From: Sulfolobales archaeon
Lineage (GTDB): Archaea; Thermoproteota; Thermoprotei_A; Sulfolobales; NBVN01
Reading direction: 5' to 3'
NCBI GenBank assembly: GCA_038831135.1
Contig: JAWBKW010000001.1
Coordinates: 5,614-69,613 of the forward strand
Length of the DNA stretch: 64,000 nt
The notes under the pieces: generated by a model
The model's database searches: none
What the model was told of the DNA's origin: nothing
The model's input: the letters and a program-made list of their open reading frames with translations, nothing else
Shown: positions 50,444 to 60,721 of the stretch, piece by piece
How positions within the stretch are numbered: position 1 is the stretch's first letter
How the letters are laid out: each line of letters opens with the position of its first letter
Position numbers and translations under genes: made by a program

Positions 50444-50549
50444 CTTAAATTACTTATTAGAGTAATTTATTAAGTATTTGAATTAAGGGTTAGTTCTACC
50501 TCTATGTAAAATTTTTAAAAGTCTAGTTACAATACTACATAGCATGGTA

Positions 50550-50557
50550 GAGGTGAT
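50550..50557 (+). promoter_or_regulatory. Shine-Dalgarno GAGGTGAT upstream of the EF-1alpha start
   Basis: It lies 3 nt upstream of the ATG at 50561. An AT-rich TATA-like TTTTTAAAA sits about 40 nt further upstream. Confidence 0.6.
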
Positions 50558-50560
50558 AAT

Positions 50561-51877
50561 ATGAGTAAGGCAAAGAAACCGCATCTAAATCTAGTAATAA
50601 TTGGACACGTAGACCACGGTAAGAGTACCTTGACGGGCCACTTACTACTGAAGTTAGGCTTCATTGATGAGAAGACCCGTAAGGAGGTTGAGGAACAAGC
50701 TAAGAAGGCTGGTAAGGAATCAGAAAAATTTGCATGGTTCTTAGATAGGCTTAAGGAAGAGAGGGAAAGAGGTCTAACTATCTCCCTCTCATTCATGAGG
50801 TTTGAGACTCCTAAGTATTACTGGACTATTATTGATGCACCAGGTCATAGAGACTTCGTTAAGAACATGATTACTGGGGCCAGTCAAGCAGATACTGCAA
50901 TACTTGTGGTATCAGCTAAGAAGGGTGAGTTTGAGGCTGGTATGAGTCCTGAGGGTCAGACACGTGAGCATATAATACTTGCTAAGACTATGGGCTTAGA
51001 CCAGCTTATAGTAGCTATTAATAAGATGGATATAACTGAGCCAGCATGGAGTGAGGCTAGATTTAAGGAAGTTGTCGCAGTACTCACTAAGTTCATGAAG
51101 GGTCTAGGCTATAGGGTCGAGACAATACCCTTCATACCTGTCTCTGGTTGGTTAGGTGATAATTTAATTGAGAAGTCCACCAATATGCCGTGGTATAAAG
51201 GACCTACTCTAGTAGAGGCCTTAGACAGCGTTAAGGAGCCGTCTAAACCTGTTGATAAGCCGTTAAGACTACCTATTCAGGAAGTTTATAGTATCTCAGG
51301 AGTTGGTACGGTGCCTGTTGGTAGGGTGGAGACTGGTAAGTTAAGAACGGGTGATAAGGTAGTATTCATGCCTCCTGGAAAGGTAGGCGATATTAGATCT
51401 ATAGAAATGCATCATGAAAAGTTGGATGAGGCATTACCTGGTGATAACGTAGGGTTTAACGTAAGGGGTGTCGCTAAAGAGGATATTAAAAGAGGGGACG
51501 TCGTCGGACATGTAACTAACCCACCAACAGTAGCTGATGAATTCACTGCCAGGATCTTCGTAGTATGGCACCCAACAGCGATATCGGTAGGATATACTCC
51601 CGTAATTCATGCACATACAGCAAGCGTGGCAGCCAGAATCGTAGAAATAATTGGTAAGTTAGACCCAAGGACAGGTCAAGTAGTTGAGAAGAACCCGCAA
51701 CTCATTAAAGTAGGTGATTCAGCACTAGTAAAGTTCAAACCAATCAAGCCTATGGTTATTGAGAAGTTTAGTGACTTCCCACAATTAGGAAGGTTTGCCA
51801 TGAGGGATATGGGTAAGACTGTAGGGATAGGTGTAGTAATAGACTTAAAACCTGCTAAGGTAGAAGTTAAAGGCTGA
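50561..51877 (+). CDS. tuf: Translation elongation factor EF-1alpha (aEF1A)
   Basis: 438 aa. GTPase motifs [17 protein letters not shown] and NKMD. Confidence 0.95.
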   Translation: MSKAKKPHLNLVIIGHVDHGKSTLTGHLLLKLGFIDEKTRKEVEEQAKKAGKESEKFAWFLDRLKEERERGLTISLSFMRFETPKYYWTIIDAPGHRDFVKNMITGASQADTAILVVSAKKGEFEAGMSPEGQTREHIILAKTMGLDQLIVAINKMDITEPAWSEARFKEVVAVLTKFMKGLGYRVETIPFIPVSGWLGDNLIEKSTNMPWYKGPTLVEALDSVKEPSKPVDKPLRLPIQEVYSISGVGTVPVGRVETGKLRTGDKVVFMPPGKVGDIRSIEMHHEKLDEALPGDNVGFNVRGVAKEDIKRGDVVGHVTNPPTVADEFTARIFVVWHPTAISVGYTPVIHAHTASVAARIVEIIGKLDPRTGQVVEKNPQLIKVGDSALVKFKPIKPMVIEKFSDFPQLGRFAMRDMGKTVGIGVVIDLKPAKVEVKG

Positions 51878-51903
51878 ATTACATCTTTAAACGGTGCAAC
51901 TTA

Positions 51904-52215
51904 ATGGTTAATAAAGTGAGGATAAGGCTGTGGAGCGTTAACGTCAACAACCTAAACTACGTGGTATCCCAGATAGTAGACATAGCTAAGAAAACAGGTG
52001 TCGACGTAAGAGGTCCTGTACCATTACCAACAAAGAAGATGTTAATACCTACTTTAGTCCCTCCACATGGTGAAGGGACTAAAGTCTATGAGAAATGGGA
52101 AATGAGGATACATAAAAGGATAGTAGATGTTAGTGCAGACGAAAGAGTTATGAGGCAATTGATGAGGGTCAGAGTCCCAGACGACGTATACATCGAGATA
52201 GAAGTATTAAGATAA
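51904..52215 (+). CDS. rps10: 30S ribosomal protein S10
   Basis: 103 aa. RIRLWS...[10 protein letters not shown]...HKR motif order fits S10. The tuf-rps10 linkage is conserved. Confidence 0.9.
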   Translation: MVNKVRIRLWSVNVNNLNYVVSQIVDIAKKTGVDVRGPVPLPTKKMLIPTLVPPHGEGTKVYEKWEMRIHKRIVDVSADERVMRQLMRVRVPDDVYIEIEVLR

Positions 52216-52282
52216 ATTAAATACCTAATTATTAAGTAATAAATTAAAACATATCAATTATTTATAGGTTTAAATTAGTAAG

Positions 52283-52367
52283 GCCGGGGTGCCCGAGCGG
52301 CCTAAGGGGCCGGCCTGGAGAGCCGGTGGGCTAACCGCCCACGCGGGTTCAAATCCCGCCCCCGGCG
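52283..52367 (+). tRNA. tRNA-Ser (GGA), long variable arm, intron-less
   Basis: GCCGGGG-TG-CCCGAGCGGCCTAAGGGG-CCGGC-CTGGAGA-GCCGG-TGGGCTAACCGCCCAC-GCGGG-TTCAAAT-CCCGC-CCCCGGC-G. Confidence 0.9.
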
Positions 52368-52450
52368 CCTCAAACCCTTATAATAATATATAATGGTGTT
52401 TGTTCAATAAGATTGTTAAGAGTTTTAAGTTCTTAAAGCCTGTAGGCTCT

Positions 52451-52593
52451 TTAGGGTTTTAGGATTTAAGTAGACGGTCATTCCTAGCGTTTGAGTATTT
52501 AGGGAAGTACTGTTAGGACTATAAATGTAGGGCTGAAGTTTCTTGTTCTTTCCTAATTTAGTAATTGAGGTTAGGGGCACTTAGTTAATTAGG
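52451..52593 (+). repeat. Cluster of six TTAGG(G) motifs in a 327-bp non-coding gap
   Basis: TTAGG occurs at 52451, 52459, 52499, 52513, 52571 and 52589, three times as TTAGGG. One inverted copy (CCTAA) is at 52552. No ORF is present. Confidence 0.7.
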
Positions 52594-52694
52594 TCTTTCT
52601 TTATTTAGTTTTTGAACGTGTAAGTGTTATCTACACGTATAGGTCTTCAAAGGCCTCTTTTATGAATAAATGTGGGGTTGGGAGTCTTTACTAC

Positions 52695-53168
52695 TTACTC
52701 TAGCTTTGTGGATAATACCTCCTTTTTCATCTCTTCTGCGAATTTCTTTAGTTCTTCATCAATCTTAGAATATTTGATGCCTAAGATCCTAAGTGCTAGT
52801 AGCGCAGCGTTTTTGGCATTACCTATTGCTACAGTAGCTACTGGCACTCCGTAAGGCATTTGAACTATTGATAGTAGGGAGTCAAGACCGTTCAAGAACT
52901 TGGAAGGTGTTGGTACACCAATTACTGGAAGTCGCGTTAGGGATGCGACCATGCCTGGCAACGCTGCAGCACCACCGGCTCCAGCTATTATCACTTCAAC
53001 TCCTCTCTCATGAACTGATTTAATGTAGTCAAAGAGGTGTTCAGGTGTTCTATGGGCTGATAATACCTTAACCTCGACCTCGACGTTAAACTGTTTAAGT
53101 AACTCTACAGCGTCCTTCATATAATCCCAATCGCTCTTACTGCCCATTACTACGGATACCTTAGGCAT
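52695..53168 (-). CDS. purE: N5-carboxyaminoimidazole ribonucleotide mutase PurE
   Basis: 157 aa. [15 protein letters not shown] and [12 protein letters not shown] motifs. Confidence 0.9.
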   Translation of the reverse strand: MPKVSVVMGSKSDWDYMKDAVELLKQFNVEVEVKVLSAHRTPEHLFDYIKSVHERGVEVIIAGAGGAAALPGMVASLTRLPVIGVPTPSKFLNGLDSLLSIVQMPYGVPVATVAIGNAKNAALLALRILGIKYSKIDEELKKFAEEMKKEVLSTKLE

Positions 53169-53243
53169 ATAATATCACCACCTACAGGACGCATCCATTG
53201 TACAAAAGCTCGATACTGTAGTTTAAGCATTGTAGGGAACACC

Positions 53244-54608
53244 TCAGTTAGTTGTAGGAGACTTACCTACAGAGGAGATCAACATATTAGCGTATATAAT
53301 CGCTCGTTCAATTAAATCTTTATAATTACCGAGATATTTCCTAAAGTCTAATGCCTCACGTAATTCGTTAGGTGTGAGGATTTTAAGAACTCTATCATCG
53401 TTTAACGCCTCTGTTAGGAGGTCGGTACTATTTCTTAAAGCCTTAATTGTTAGGTCCCTAACGAGTTTATGCGCCTCATACCTGTTTATCCCTTTATCAG
53501 TGAGTTTAAGCATTAAGGACTCTGACATAACCGTTCCCTTACTCAACTCTAAATTTCTGAGCATGTTGGCTGGGTAAACCTTTAAGTTACTTAATACTCT
53601 ATAAAGAGTATCTAGTATCTCATCAATTAATATAAATGTATGTGGTATTAAGACACGTTCAGCACTACTATTGCTTAGATCTCTTTCATGCCATAAGGGA
53701 ATGTTCTCAAGTGCTGTAACCACTAAACCTCTTAAAACTCTAGTAAGACCAGAAATCTTTTCACACTCTACAGGGTTTGTTTTATGAGGCATGGTGCTAC
53801 TACCTACCCTTCCTTCAGCACCTTCAGCTAATTCACCTATCTCAGGCCTCATTAACTCTCTAACCTCGATACTGAATCTCTCAGCTTGAGATGCAAGTAT
53901 CGCTAAAACAGTAATTAACTCTGCAAATCCGTCCCTAGGAACGACCTGAGTAGTTATTTCATGATTCTTCAACCCTAACATACCCATAACCCTAGACTCA
54001 ACTTCTAAGCCCTTACCCCTCCAACCAGCCATCGTTCCAACAGCACCAGCCATCTTACCCTTAACAACTCTACTTTCAGCGGATAGTAGCCTGCTGAGGC
54101 TGTTGGAGAACTCATAAACATAATTAGCGAGTTTAAATCCTAAAGTTATCGGTAAAGCATGTTGAGCGTGTGTCCTACCAACCATTAAGGTGTCACTATA
54201 CTTCCTAGATAAATCTATTAATAGATTAATCACTCTAATTAATTTATTCCTAACTATATTTAGGGCGTCCCGAATCAATAAGGCCCAAGTAGTATCTATT
54301 ATATCGTTACTAGTGGCTCCGTAATGTACATACCTGCTTACATCACCGCATAAGTCGTTAATGGCTGAGAGAAGTGCCACTACGTCGTGACCTACTAACC
54401 TCTCATAATTGTCTATAGTTTCAGTACTTACTGAATATACGCATTTACTTAATTTATCGTAATATCCTTCAGGGGTTATTCCCGCTTCCTCTAAAGCCTT
54501 AATTAGGGCTAACTCAACATCAATCATTTTCCTAACTATGTTATCCCTCCTAAAGACATTCTTCATTTCTTCAGAACCGTACCTAAACTCTAAGGGACAT
54601 ATACTCAA
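53244..54608 (-). CDS. purB: Adenylosuccinate lyase PurB
   Basis: 454 aa. Fumarate-lyase signature GSSTMPHKTNP. Confidence 0.9.
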   Translation of the reverse strand: MSICPLEFRYGSEEMKNVFRRDNIVRKMIDVELALIKALEEAGITPEGYYDKLSKCVYSVSTETIDNYERLVGHDVVALLSAINDLCGDVSRYVHYGATSNDIIDTTWALLIRDALNIVRNKLIRVINLLIDLSRKYSDTLMVGRTHAQHALPITLGFKLANYVYEFSNSLSRLLSAESRVVKGKMAGAVGTMAGWRGKGLEVESRVMGMLGLKNHEITTQVVPRDGFAELITVLAILASQAERFSIEVRELMRPEIGELAEGAEGRVGSSTMPHKTNPVECEKISGLTRVLRGLVVTALENIPLWHERDLSNSSAERVLIPHTFILIDEILDTLYRVLSNLKVYPANMLRNLELSKGTVMSESLMLKLTDKGINRYEAHKLVRDLTIKALRNSTDLLTEALNDDRVLKILTPNELREALDFRKYLGNYKDLIERAIIYANMLISSVGKSPTTN

Positions 54609-55702
54609 GTTACCACCTTATCGAGACATCCGTTATTTACGCACCACTTAATCTCCATCGCAACCCTCCTACCAATGCTTACCGGCTTACCGAAGTATAG
54701 CTTACTATATTGACTGCCAACACCCATATATACGTTAGTACCTCCACCAATCCTAAAAGCCACGTCATAAACTACGACATCTAGATCAGGTGTTACCATT
54801 AACTGTAGTGTGAAGGGGCCTATAATGCCTGGAGGCACTAGTTCATTCACCGCATTGACGAATGAGTCACCAATCACGAATAACTTATTAAGTAAGCTCT
54901 CCCTTATGGTTGCAGGTTCATGACCTACCTCAATATACCTAACAAGGATATCTATAGAGATTTGGTCTTTGGCAGGAATTCTAATCAACCCATCTAAGTT
55001 ACTCTGTATCCTCCTATCAATACTTAATAACTCAACATCATTCCTAGCAATACTTCGGAAGTAGTTAACGTTGAAGTGTGCGCCGACAACTAACTCCTCT
55101 ATTGATGCTTCACTTAAGGTCTTTTCATTAATTATGCCTAAACTAATTAAGTCCCTAATCTTCCTATAGGAATCGTCCCTGTCACGAGCGATAAAGAAAC
55201 CTCTTTCAAATTTTCTAGCGGCTTCGGGAAGTTTAACTATTACTGGCCTATCAATATCGTCGAAGCTCTTGAATACTTTAGGCCTTTTAATACCTGCAGC
55301 ATCAAGTAACTTATAGTAATTATGCTCACCAATTCTTTCCTCCCACTTAAGTAGGTACCTATTACCGAATACTGGTATTGGTAACCTACTCTCTATATTT
55401 TCATACCCTACATAGACTGAAAAACTTCTGTTAGGAACTAAAATGGTGTTCAACTTCCTTAAATCGCTGACAACTCCATCATTAACTACTTCAGAGAATT
55501 TACTAAGTAATACGACTCTATCTATAATTGCCTTAAACCTCATATACGGTAATTCCCTCCCACTCTCACATATAGCTATCGTTAAGAATCCCTCATCCTT
55601 AGCACCGTCGAATACGTCAAGCGCTGAATGACTAGCTATCGTGCCTATGCTAATATTCCTTAAATCGTAGTCCTTAAGTAAGTCACGTGCTTTAAAACTC
55701 AA
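54605..55702 (-). CDS. purP: 5-formaminoimidazole-4-carboxamide ribonucleotide (FAICAR) synthetase PurP (ATP-grasp)
   Basis: 365 aa. N-terminal IGTIASHSALDVFDGAKDEGF is typical of archaeal PurP. 4-nt overlap with purB. Confidence 0.8.
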   Translation of the reverse strand: MSFKARDLLKDYDLRNISIGTIASHSALDVFDGAKDEGFLTIAICESGRELPYMRFKAIIDRVVLLSKFSEVVNDGVVSDLRKLNTILVPNRSFSVYVGYENIESRLPIPVFGNRYLLKWEERIGEHNYYKLLDAAGIKRPKVFKSFDDIDRPVIVKLPEAARKFERGFFIARDRDDSYRKIRDLISLGIINEKTLSEASIEELVVGAHFNVNYFRSIARNDVELLSIDRRIQSNLDGLIRIPAKDQISIDILVRYIEVGHEPATIRESLLNKLFVIGDSFVNAVNELVPPGIIGPFTLQLMVTPDLDVVVYDVAFRIGGGTNVYMGVGSQYSKLYFGKPVSIGRRVAMEIKWCVNNGCLDKVVT

Positions 55703-56717
55703 TTACATCACCGTAGTACGTATTTAAAACAACTCTCCCTCTACCTTTAGCTACATAACCTAATTCCGTAACATTAACTCCCTGGCTATGCGCTATTGAC
55801 TTAAACTCGCTTACATTATCTTCAGGTAAAGTTACAACCATACCTATACCCATGTTGAAAACGTTATACATCTCATAAGTACTTATATTACCTAACTTCA
55901 TTAAAACCTCAAATATTTTAGGGGGCTTAGGAGTATTAATCACTACATCTAAGTCGTTCTTTACGATCCTCCTAACTTTCCTGAACGCCCCTCCAGTTAT
56001 GTGTGCGGCTGAAGATATTAAGTTCCTACTTAGTGACTCTAATATAATTCTTCCGTAGTTACTGACTGGTTTAAGTAATTCATCACCTATTTTCACTCCT
56101 TCAAATAACGCGTTATAACCTACAGTACTCTCTATAACCTTCCTTACTAAGCTATACCCGTTAGCATGTATACCATTACTTTCTAAACCGAATACTACAT
56201 CGCCGTTACTGGCTTTAAACTCCCTATAGAACTCCTTAATGCCTAGCACAACGCATACGACGTCCACACCCCTTATTAAGTCGTTAATTACGGCTGACTC
56301 ACCACCAAGTATTATTAAGTCGTTAGTTATGGCTGCCTCTTCTAAGCCCTTCATGATTTCCTTAAATACCGTCTCGTCAGGATAACTCATCGCTATGTAG
56401 TCTACTAATGCTATAGGTCTTATACCGCTACATACAACGTCATTGACGTTAATGATTACAGCATCCCAGCCGATGACCTGATACCTTCCTAAGTTGGAAG
56501 CTATTAATGATTTTGTACCTACACCGTCTATATGTGCGGATAATTTCAGCCCATCTATGGCGACCCAGGCTGAATAACCACCTAAATCACCCCACATCCT
56601 GCCTAACTTACTACTAACTACTTCATTGATTCTCGAGGAGGTGTCTAACGCTATTTCGTGAAGTCTTCGTTGCATGTCTAAGTCAACGCCTGCCTTAGAA
56701 TACGTCCAATTACTCAT
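55692..56717 (-). CDS. purM: Phosphoribosylformylglycinamidine cyclo-ligase PurM
   Basis: The start is taken at the ATG at 56717 (MSNWTYSKAGVDL), which overlaps the purT stop by 8 nt. The track start at 56783 lies inside purT. DGVGTK and GGESA motifs are present. Confidence 0.9.
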   Translation of the reverse strand: MSNWTYSKAGVDLDMQRRLHEIALDTSSRINEVVSSKLGRMWGDLGGYSAWVAIDGLKLSAHIDGVGTKSLIASNLGRYQVIGWDAVIINVNDVVCSGIRPIALVDYIAMSYPDETVFKEIMKGLEEAAITNDLIILGGESAVINDLIRGVDVVCVVLGIKEFYREFKASNGDVVFGLESNGIHANGYSLVRKVIESTVGYNALFEGVKIGDELLKPVSNYGRIILESLSRNLISSAAHITGGAFRKVRRIVKNDLDVVINTPKPPKIFEVLMKLGNISTYEMYNVFNMGIGMVVTLPEDNVSEFKSIAHSQGVNVTELGYVAKGRGRVVLNTYYGDVIEF

Positions 56718-57957
56718 ACCTATCACCGCAAGAAATACGTATCTTATCTTTAACGCTGTGGAGTTTAGACCTAGCTTCATCAACAGTTAAACCCCTAGCG
56801 ATGAGGACTGCTACCCTCCTACCAGGATAGGTTGACGGTTTACCGAAGATTCTAACATCAACACCTTCGGCACTTAAAACACTACATAATCCGTAGTACT
56901 GAGGTCCCCAAACAACACCCTCTTCAGCGTATACCGCATAGCTAGCACCCGCAGAAATTAAATTAACCTTAGCTACAGGCAACCTAAGTGATGACCTTAA
57001 ATGTATTGCGAATTCGTTAAGGTCTTGAGTAACTAGTGTTACGAACCCGGTATCGTGGGGTCTAGGAGCTACCTCACTCACTAACACCCTACCATCACTG
57101 GTTAGGAATAATTCAACTCCGTAGATCCCTAAACCTCCTAAGGCATTGACGACCCTCATCGAATACTCCCTACACCTACTCAATAAGTCCGCGGGTTTCA
57201 TTGACGGTTGCCATGATTCTATGTAGTGAAACTTTCCGTACCTCCAATGTTCAATAGGTTCTAGCGTATCTGTAATTACCTCTTCGCTAGGGAGTAGGGA
57301 CCTATAAGTTAAAATAGTGAACTCAGTATTTAATTTCACGAATTCTTCAACAATTACCCTACGGCTATTACCTCTACTACGACTTAACACATCTCTATAA
57401 AGTTCGTAGTATTCCCTCTCCTTAAGTGGGGTATTAACTACTACATGCCCATGACCGCTACTACTCATTTCAGGTTTAATTATGCATGGATAGCCAATAC
57501 TATCACATCCCTTAATAACTTCGTACTCATCATTAGCTACAAAATAATTAGTGGTTGGTAGCCCTAAACTCTTAGAAATAAAGTTCCTTAATTCGATTCT
57601 ATTCATACAAATCTTTACTGCTTCGGCATTCGGTGCTATGATACATCCCTCTGCTTCAAGTTCCTTAAGTGCTTCAGTATTGATTGCTTCGATCTCAGGT
57701 ATTATTAGGTTGGGATTCTCCCTACGAACTATGTTTTTAATTGCGTCACCGTCAAGCATGTTAATTACGTATTTTCTATGTGCTATATGCATTGCAGGTG
57801 CGTTATCGTATCTATCAACTACAACGACCTCGATTCCTAACTTATGTGCCTCAAGAGCTATCTCCTTACCTATTTCGCCTCCACCCAATAGCAATACCTT
57901 AATTGAGTTACTACTCAATGGCGTGCCTAAATGATCTCTACACTTACCTATAGTCAT
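56710..57957 (-). CDS. purT: Formate-dependent GAR transformylase PurT (ATP-grasp)
   Basis: The start is taken at the ATG at 57957 (MTIGKCRDHLGTPL...VLLLGGGEIGKE). ATP-grasp core. Confidence 0.85.
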   Translation of the reverse strand: MTIGKCRDHLGTPLSSNSIKVLLLGGGEIGKEIALEAHKLGIEVVVVDRYDNAPAMHIAHRKYVINMLDGDAIKNIVRRENPNLIIPEIEAINTEALKELEAEGCIIAPNAEAVKICMNRIELRNFISKSLGLPTTNYFVANDEYEVIKGCDSIGYPCIIKPEMSSSGHGHVVVNTPLKEREYYELYRDVLSRSRGNSRRVIVEEFVKLNTEFTILTYRSLLPSEEVITDTLEPIEHWRYGKFHYIESWQPSMKPADLLSRCREYSMRVVNALGGLGIYGVELFLTSDGRVLVSEVAPRPHDTGFVTLVTQDLNEFAIHLRSSLRLPVAKVNLISAGASYAVYAEEGVVWGPQYYGLCSVLSAEGVDVRIFGKPSTYPGRRVAVLIARGLTVDEARSKLHSVKDKIRISCGDRYE

Positions 57958-59434
57958 ATATTGTAGCCCCCTTGCCAGGAACCCAATCAACCTTAATGCT
58001 CACTAAGTTATTCCTCCTTCTATAAGTATATACATCTCTAATGATCTCGGACATCCTAATACGTTCCTTAATAACTTCGTCTGACCCTATATCTCTGCGG
58101 TAGTATGTGTCCCAACCATCTGAACATTTGATCAGCTCGGCACACTTATTAGCGACGTTACTAACTACTCCATAATCACTACCACTACAAAGGATTGTAA
58201 CTATTCTTGAACCGGTTGTGTACATAGTTCCGTTATTCCATAAGTCAACACCTGCATACAGTACTTCACACCCGTACTTCCTTATGGTGTCTTCATCTAT
58301 ACTTATTGGGTGCCCTCTAGCGATATTTCTATTAGTAGGGTATCCCTTAGGGCTTACGGCCTTAGCAACAGTCACTAGATCATCACGTATCTTAAGCTTT
58401 ATGCTTGCTAACCTATGGCTGAGTGCAGCTTCAATAATTTCTAAGAAGTCATTATCTATTATATTTAGTAAGTTAACTATCTCAGGATCCCCAAACCTGC
58501 TATAGAATTCTATTACTGTAGGCCCCCAGATGGGGGTAAGCATCATTTGACCGGAGATAGCTCCAACATACCTATCATTAACCACTGACTGTAGAGCCTT
58601 AAGCACTAAACTGACTATCTCTACGCTCTCTCGGTATTCCTGACCATTAATGAATGGTAGTAAGTACCCAGGACCTTGAATAGAGCCCATACCTCCTGTC
58701 TCAGGGCCTAGGTCATTTTCAAACGCATGAGGGTGGTCTTGCACAAGAGGTAGTGGGAGTACGGTATATCCATCTGATATTGTCATTAATGTGTATTCAA
58801 CCCCATCAACTCTTTCCTCAATTAGTAATTTATAATCTATATCTGTGTAATGCTTCATGATATCATTTACTAATTTCCTAGTATACTCCTTACGGATTTC
58901 CGACTTCACATCACTTAGGTATGCTTGTAAATCTGCCATAACTTTAACGCCTTTACCTCCTGCCTGCCTAGCAGGTTTAATTACGACGTCTCCAGCGTTT
59001 TCCACGTACTCCATAGCTTCATCAACATCAGTAAATGCTTTAAATGCTAATCTACCCGGTATTCTAAACTTCCACATGAGCTCCCTCATGAAGACCTTAC
59101 TTTTCTCTACCTCAGCTAATCTACTCGTAACACCGAAAACTGCGTATCCTCCCTCTTTAAGAACGTCTGTAACTCCGTGGAATTGAGGTTCTTCAGGACC
59201 TACTATTACTAAGTCAGGTGATAACTCATCAACTCTGTCAAAGACTTCACGCGGCCTCAAGATGTTACAAGTATATAGTCGGCCTCCACTTACTTCCGCA
59301 ACTCTCTTAAGTCCAGGATTTACGTAAGAAGATAATACATAGATCTTAGGACTTAATAAACTCCTACTCAGCAATAATGCCATAGCATGCTCCCTACTAC
59401 CATCCCCGATAACTACTAATTTCACCCAACTCAC
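57944..59434 (-). CDS. purD: Phosphoribosylamine--glycine ligase PurD
   Basis: 496 aa. VVIGDGSREHAMA (GxGxREHA) and an ATP-grasp domain. GTG start. About 45 aa longer than usual at the C-terminus. Confidence 0.85.
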   Translation of the reverse strand: MSWVKLVVIGDGSREHAMALLLSRSLLSPKIYVLSSYVNPGLKRVAEVSGGRLYTCNILRPREVFDRVDELSPDLVIVGPEEPQFHGVTDVLKEGGYAVFGVTSRLAEVEKSKVFMRELMWKFRIPGRLAFKAFTDVDEAMEYVENAGDVVIKPARQAGGKGVKVMADLQAYLSDVKSEIRKEYTRKLVNDIMKHYTDIDYKLLIEERVDGVEYTLMTISDGYTVLPLPLVQDHPHAFENDLGPETGGMGSIQGPGYLLPFINGQEYRESVEIVSLVLKALQSVVNDRYVGAISGQMMLTPIWGPTVIEFYSRFGDPEIVNLLNIIDNDFLEIIEAALSHRLASIKLKIRDDLVTVAKAVSPKGYPTNRNIARGHPISIDEDTIRKYGCEVLYAGVDLWNNGTMYTTGSRIVTILCSGSDYGVVSNVANKCAELIKCSDGWDTYYRRDIGSDEVIKERIRMSEIIRDVYTYRRRNNLVSIKVDWVPGKGATIYDYR

Positions 59435-60717
59435 CTGATCGAGTGATTAGTTAAGAAACATCGAAGGCATACCTCAACCCCATACACACTAAATAACTCA
59501 GTGATATCATCTATAGAGAGCCAAGTAAGTGAATCCGCCTCAATATACTTAGTACTTAATTCATCATCGAGATTAGCGGAAAGTAATTCATCAGCTGGGG
59601 GTATTTCCATACCGTAGGGACAGCCAGACATCAGTTTAGGACTCCCAATAACTACATGCACCTCTTTAACCCCTAACTTATTTCTAAGTATTTGAACAAC
59701 GTTCTTCATGGTTACTCCCCTCACTAAACTATCATCGACTACTGCAACCCTCCTCTTACTAAGTACGCATTTAATGGGGTTTAACTTAAGTTGCACACCA
59801 ATTAATCTATCTCTTGGGTCTTCCTTAATTGCTGTCCTATACTTAGTTCCTGTCGATATGAAACCCAGATCAAGTTCCTTATCTAAAGCATTAGCAAAAC
59901 CTATGGCATAGGGTAGCGCTGTATCGGGAACTCCTACAACTACATCAACATTATATTTAAACGTTTTTGCTAGTCGTTGGCCTAAGGATTTCCTAATGTT
60001 ATATACATCGATACCGTCCATTACCGAGTCAGGTCTCGCCATATATACGTACTCAAACGAACATAAGGTAGGTTTCCTAACGTCATATACGTTAATTGAT
60101 TTAACGAATTCAGGGGTTATGTAAATTAATTCACCAGGTCTAATACTTCTCTTTAGGTCTCCCCCAAGCACTGATATAGGTGTGGATTCCGTTGAAACTA
60201 TAGCTAGGTCGAAGCCGTAACTACCAATATGAAGTGGTTTAAGCCCCGGAGGAGACCTGTAAGCAATTACTTCATCCTTATTACTTATAGCTATTAACGA
60301 GTAAACACCGTTGAGGTCCGTGACTACCTCAGTAAAAGCTATTGCTAAGTCCTTACCAGACTTTACTAACCTGATGAGGTCCTTACCTAAATCAATTAAT
60401 TGCTTATCTATTACTCCATCAACGATTACAGAGATAGCAAACCCTCCATCACTCAAATGGATGTATTTCACATCACGTAATTCGTTAGATGTGAAAACAC
60501 CACCTATACCTACATATCCTTCAGCACTTAGAAGTAAGTTATTGTTTGATTGCAGGGTACTTGAGCAGTCTTCAAAGGTTAGTAACTCCTTACCATTGCT
60601 TAAGGAAACGAAGTACCTGTCCTGACCTCTATTTTGGGATGCCATAATCCCATAGTAGATGTACTTACCAACCCTCCAGAGTTCATCAAACGCCACTACA
60701 CTAATTAACCCCGCCAT
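59431..60717 (-). CDS. Amidophosphoribosyltransferase paralog lacking the Cys1 nucleophile (PurF-like)
   Basis: 428 aa. The N-terminus is MAGLISVV, where true PurF has MCGI. The PRPP-binding motif is retained (RVAVVDDSLVRGVTMKNV). It is co-linear with purF immediately upstream. Confidence 0.7.
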   Translation of the reverse strand: MAGLISVVAFDELWRVGKYIYYGIMASQNRGQDRYFVSLSNGKELLTFEDCSSTLQSNNNLLLSAEGYVGIGGVFTSNELRDVKYIHLSDGGFAISVIVDGVIDKQLIDLGKDLIRLVKSGKDLAIAFTEVVTDLNGVYSLIAISNKDEVIAYRSPPGLKPLHIGSYGFDLAIVSTESTPISVLGGDLKRSIRPGELIYITPEFVKSINVYDVRKPTLCSFEYVYMARPDSVMDGIDVYNIRKSLGQRLAKTFKYNVDVVVGVPDTALPYAIGFANALDKELDLGFISTGTKYRTAIKEDPRDRLIGVQLKLNPIKCVLSKRRVAVVDDSLVRGVTMKNVVQILRNKLGVKEVHVVIGSPKLMSGCPYGMEIPPADELLSANLDDELSTKYIEADSLTWLSIDDITELFSVYGVEVCLRCFLTNHSIR

Positions 60718-60721
60718 CTAA

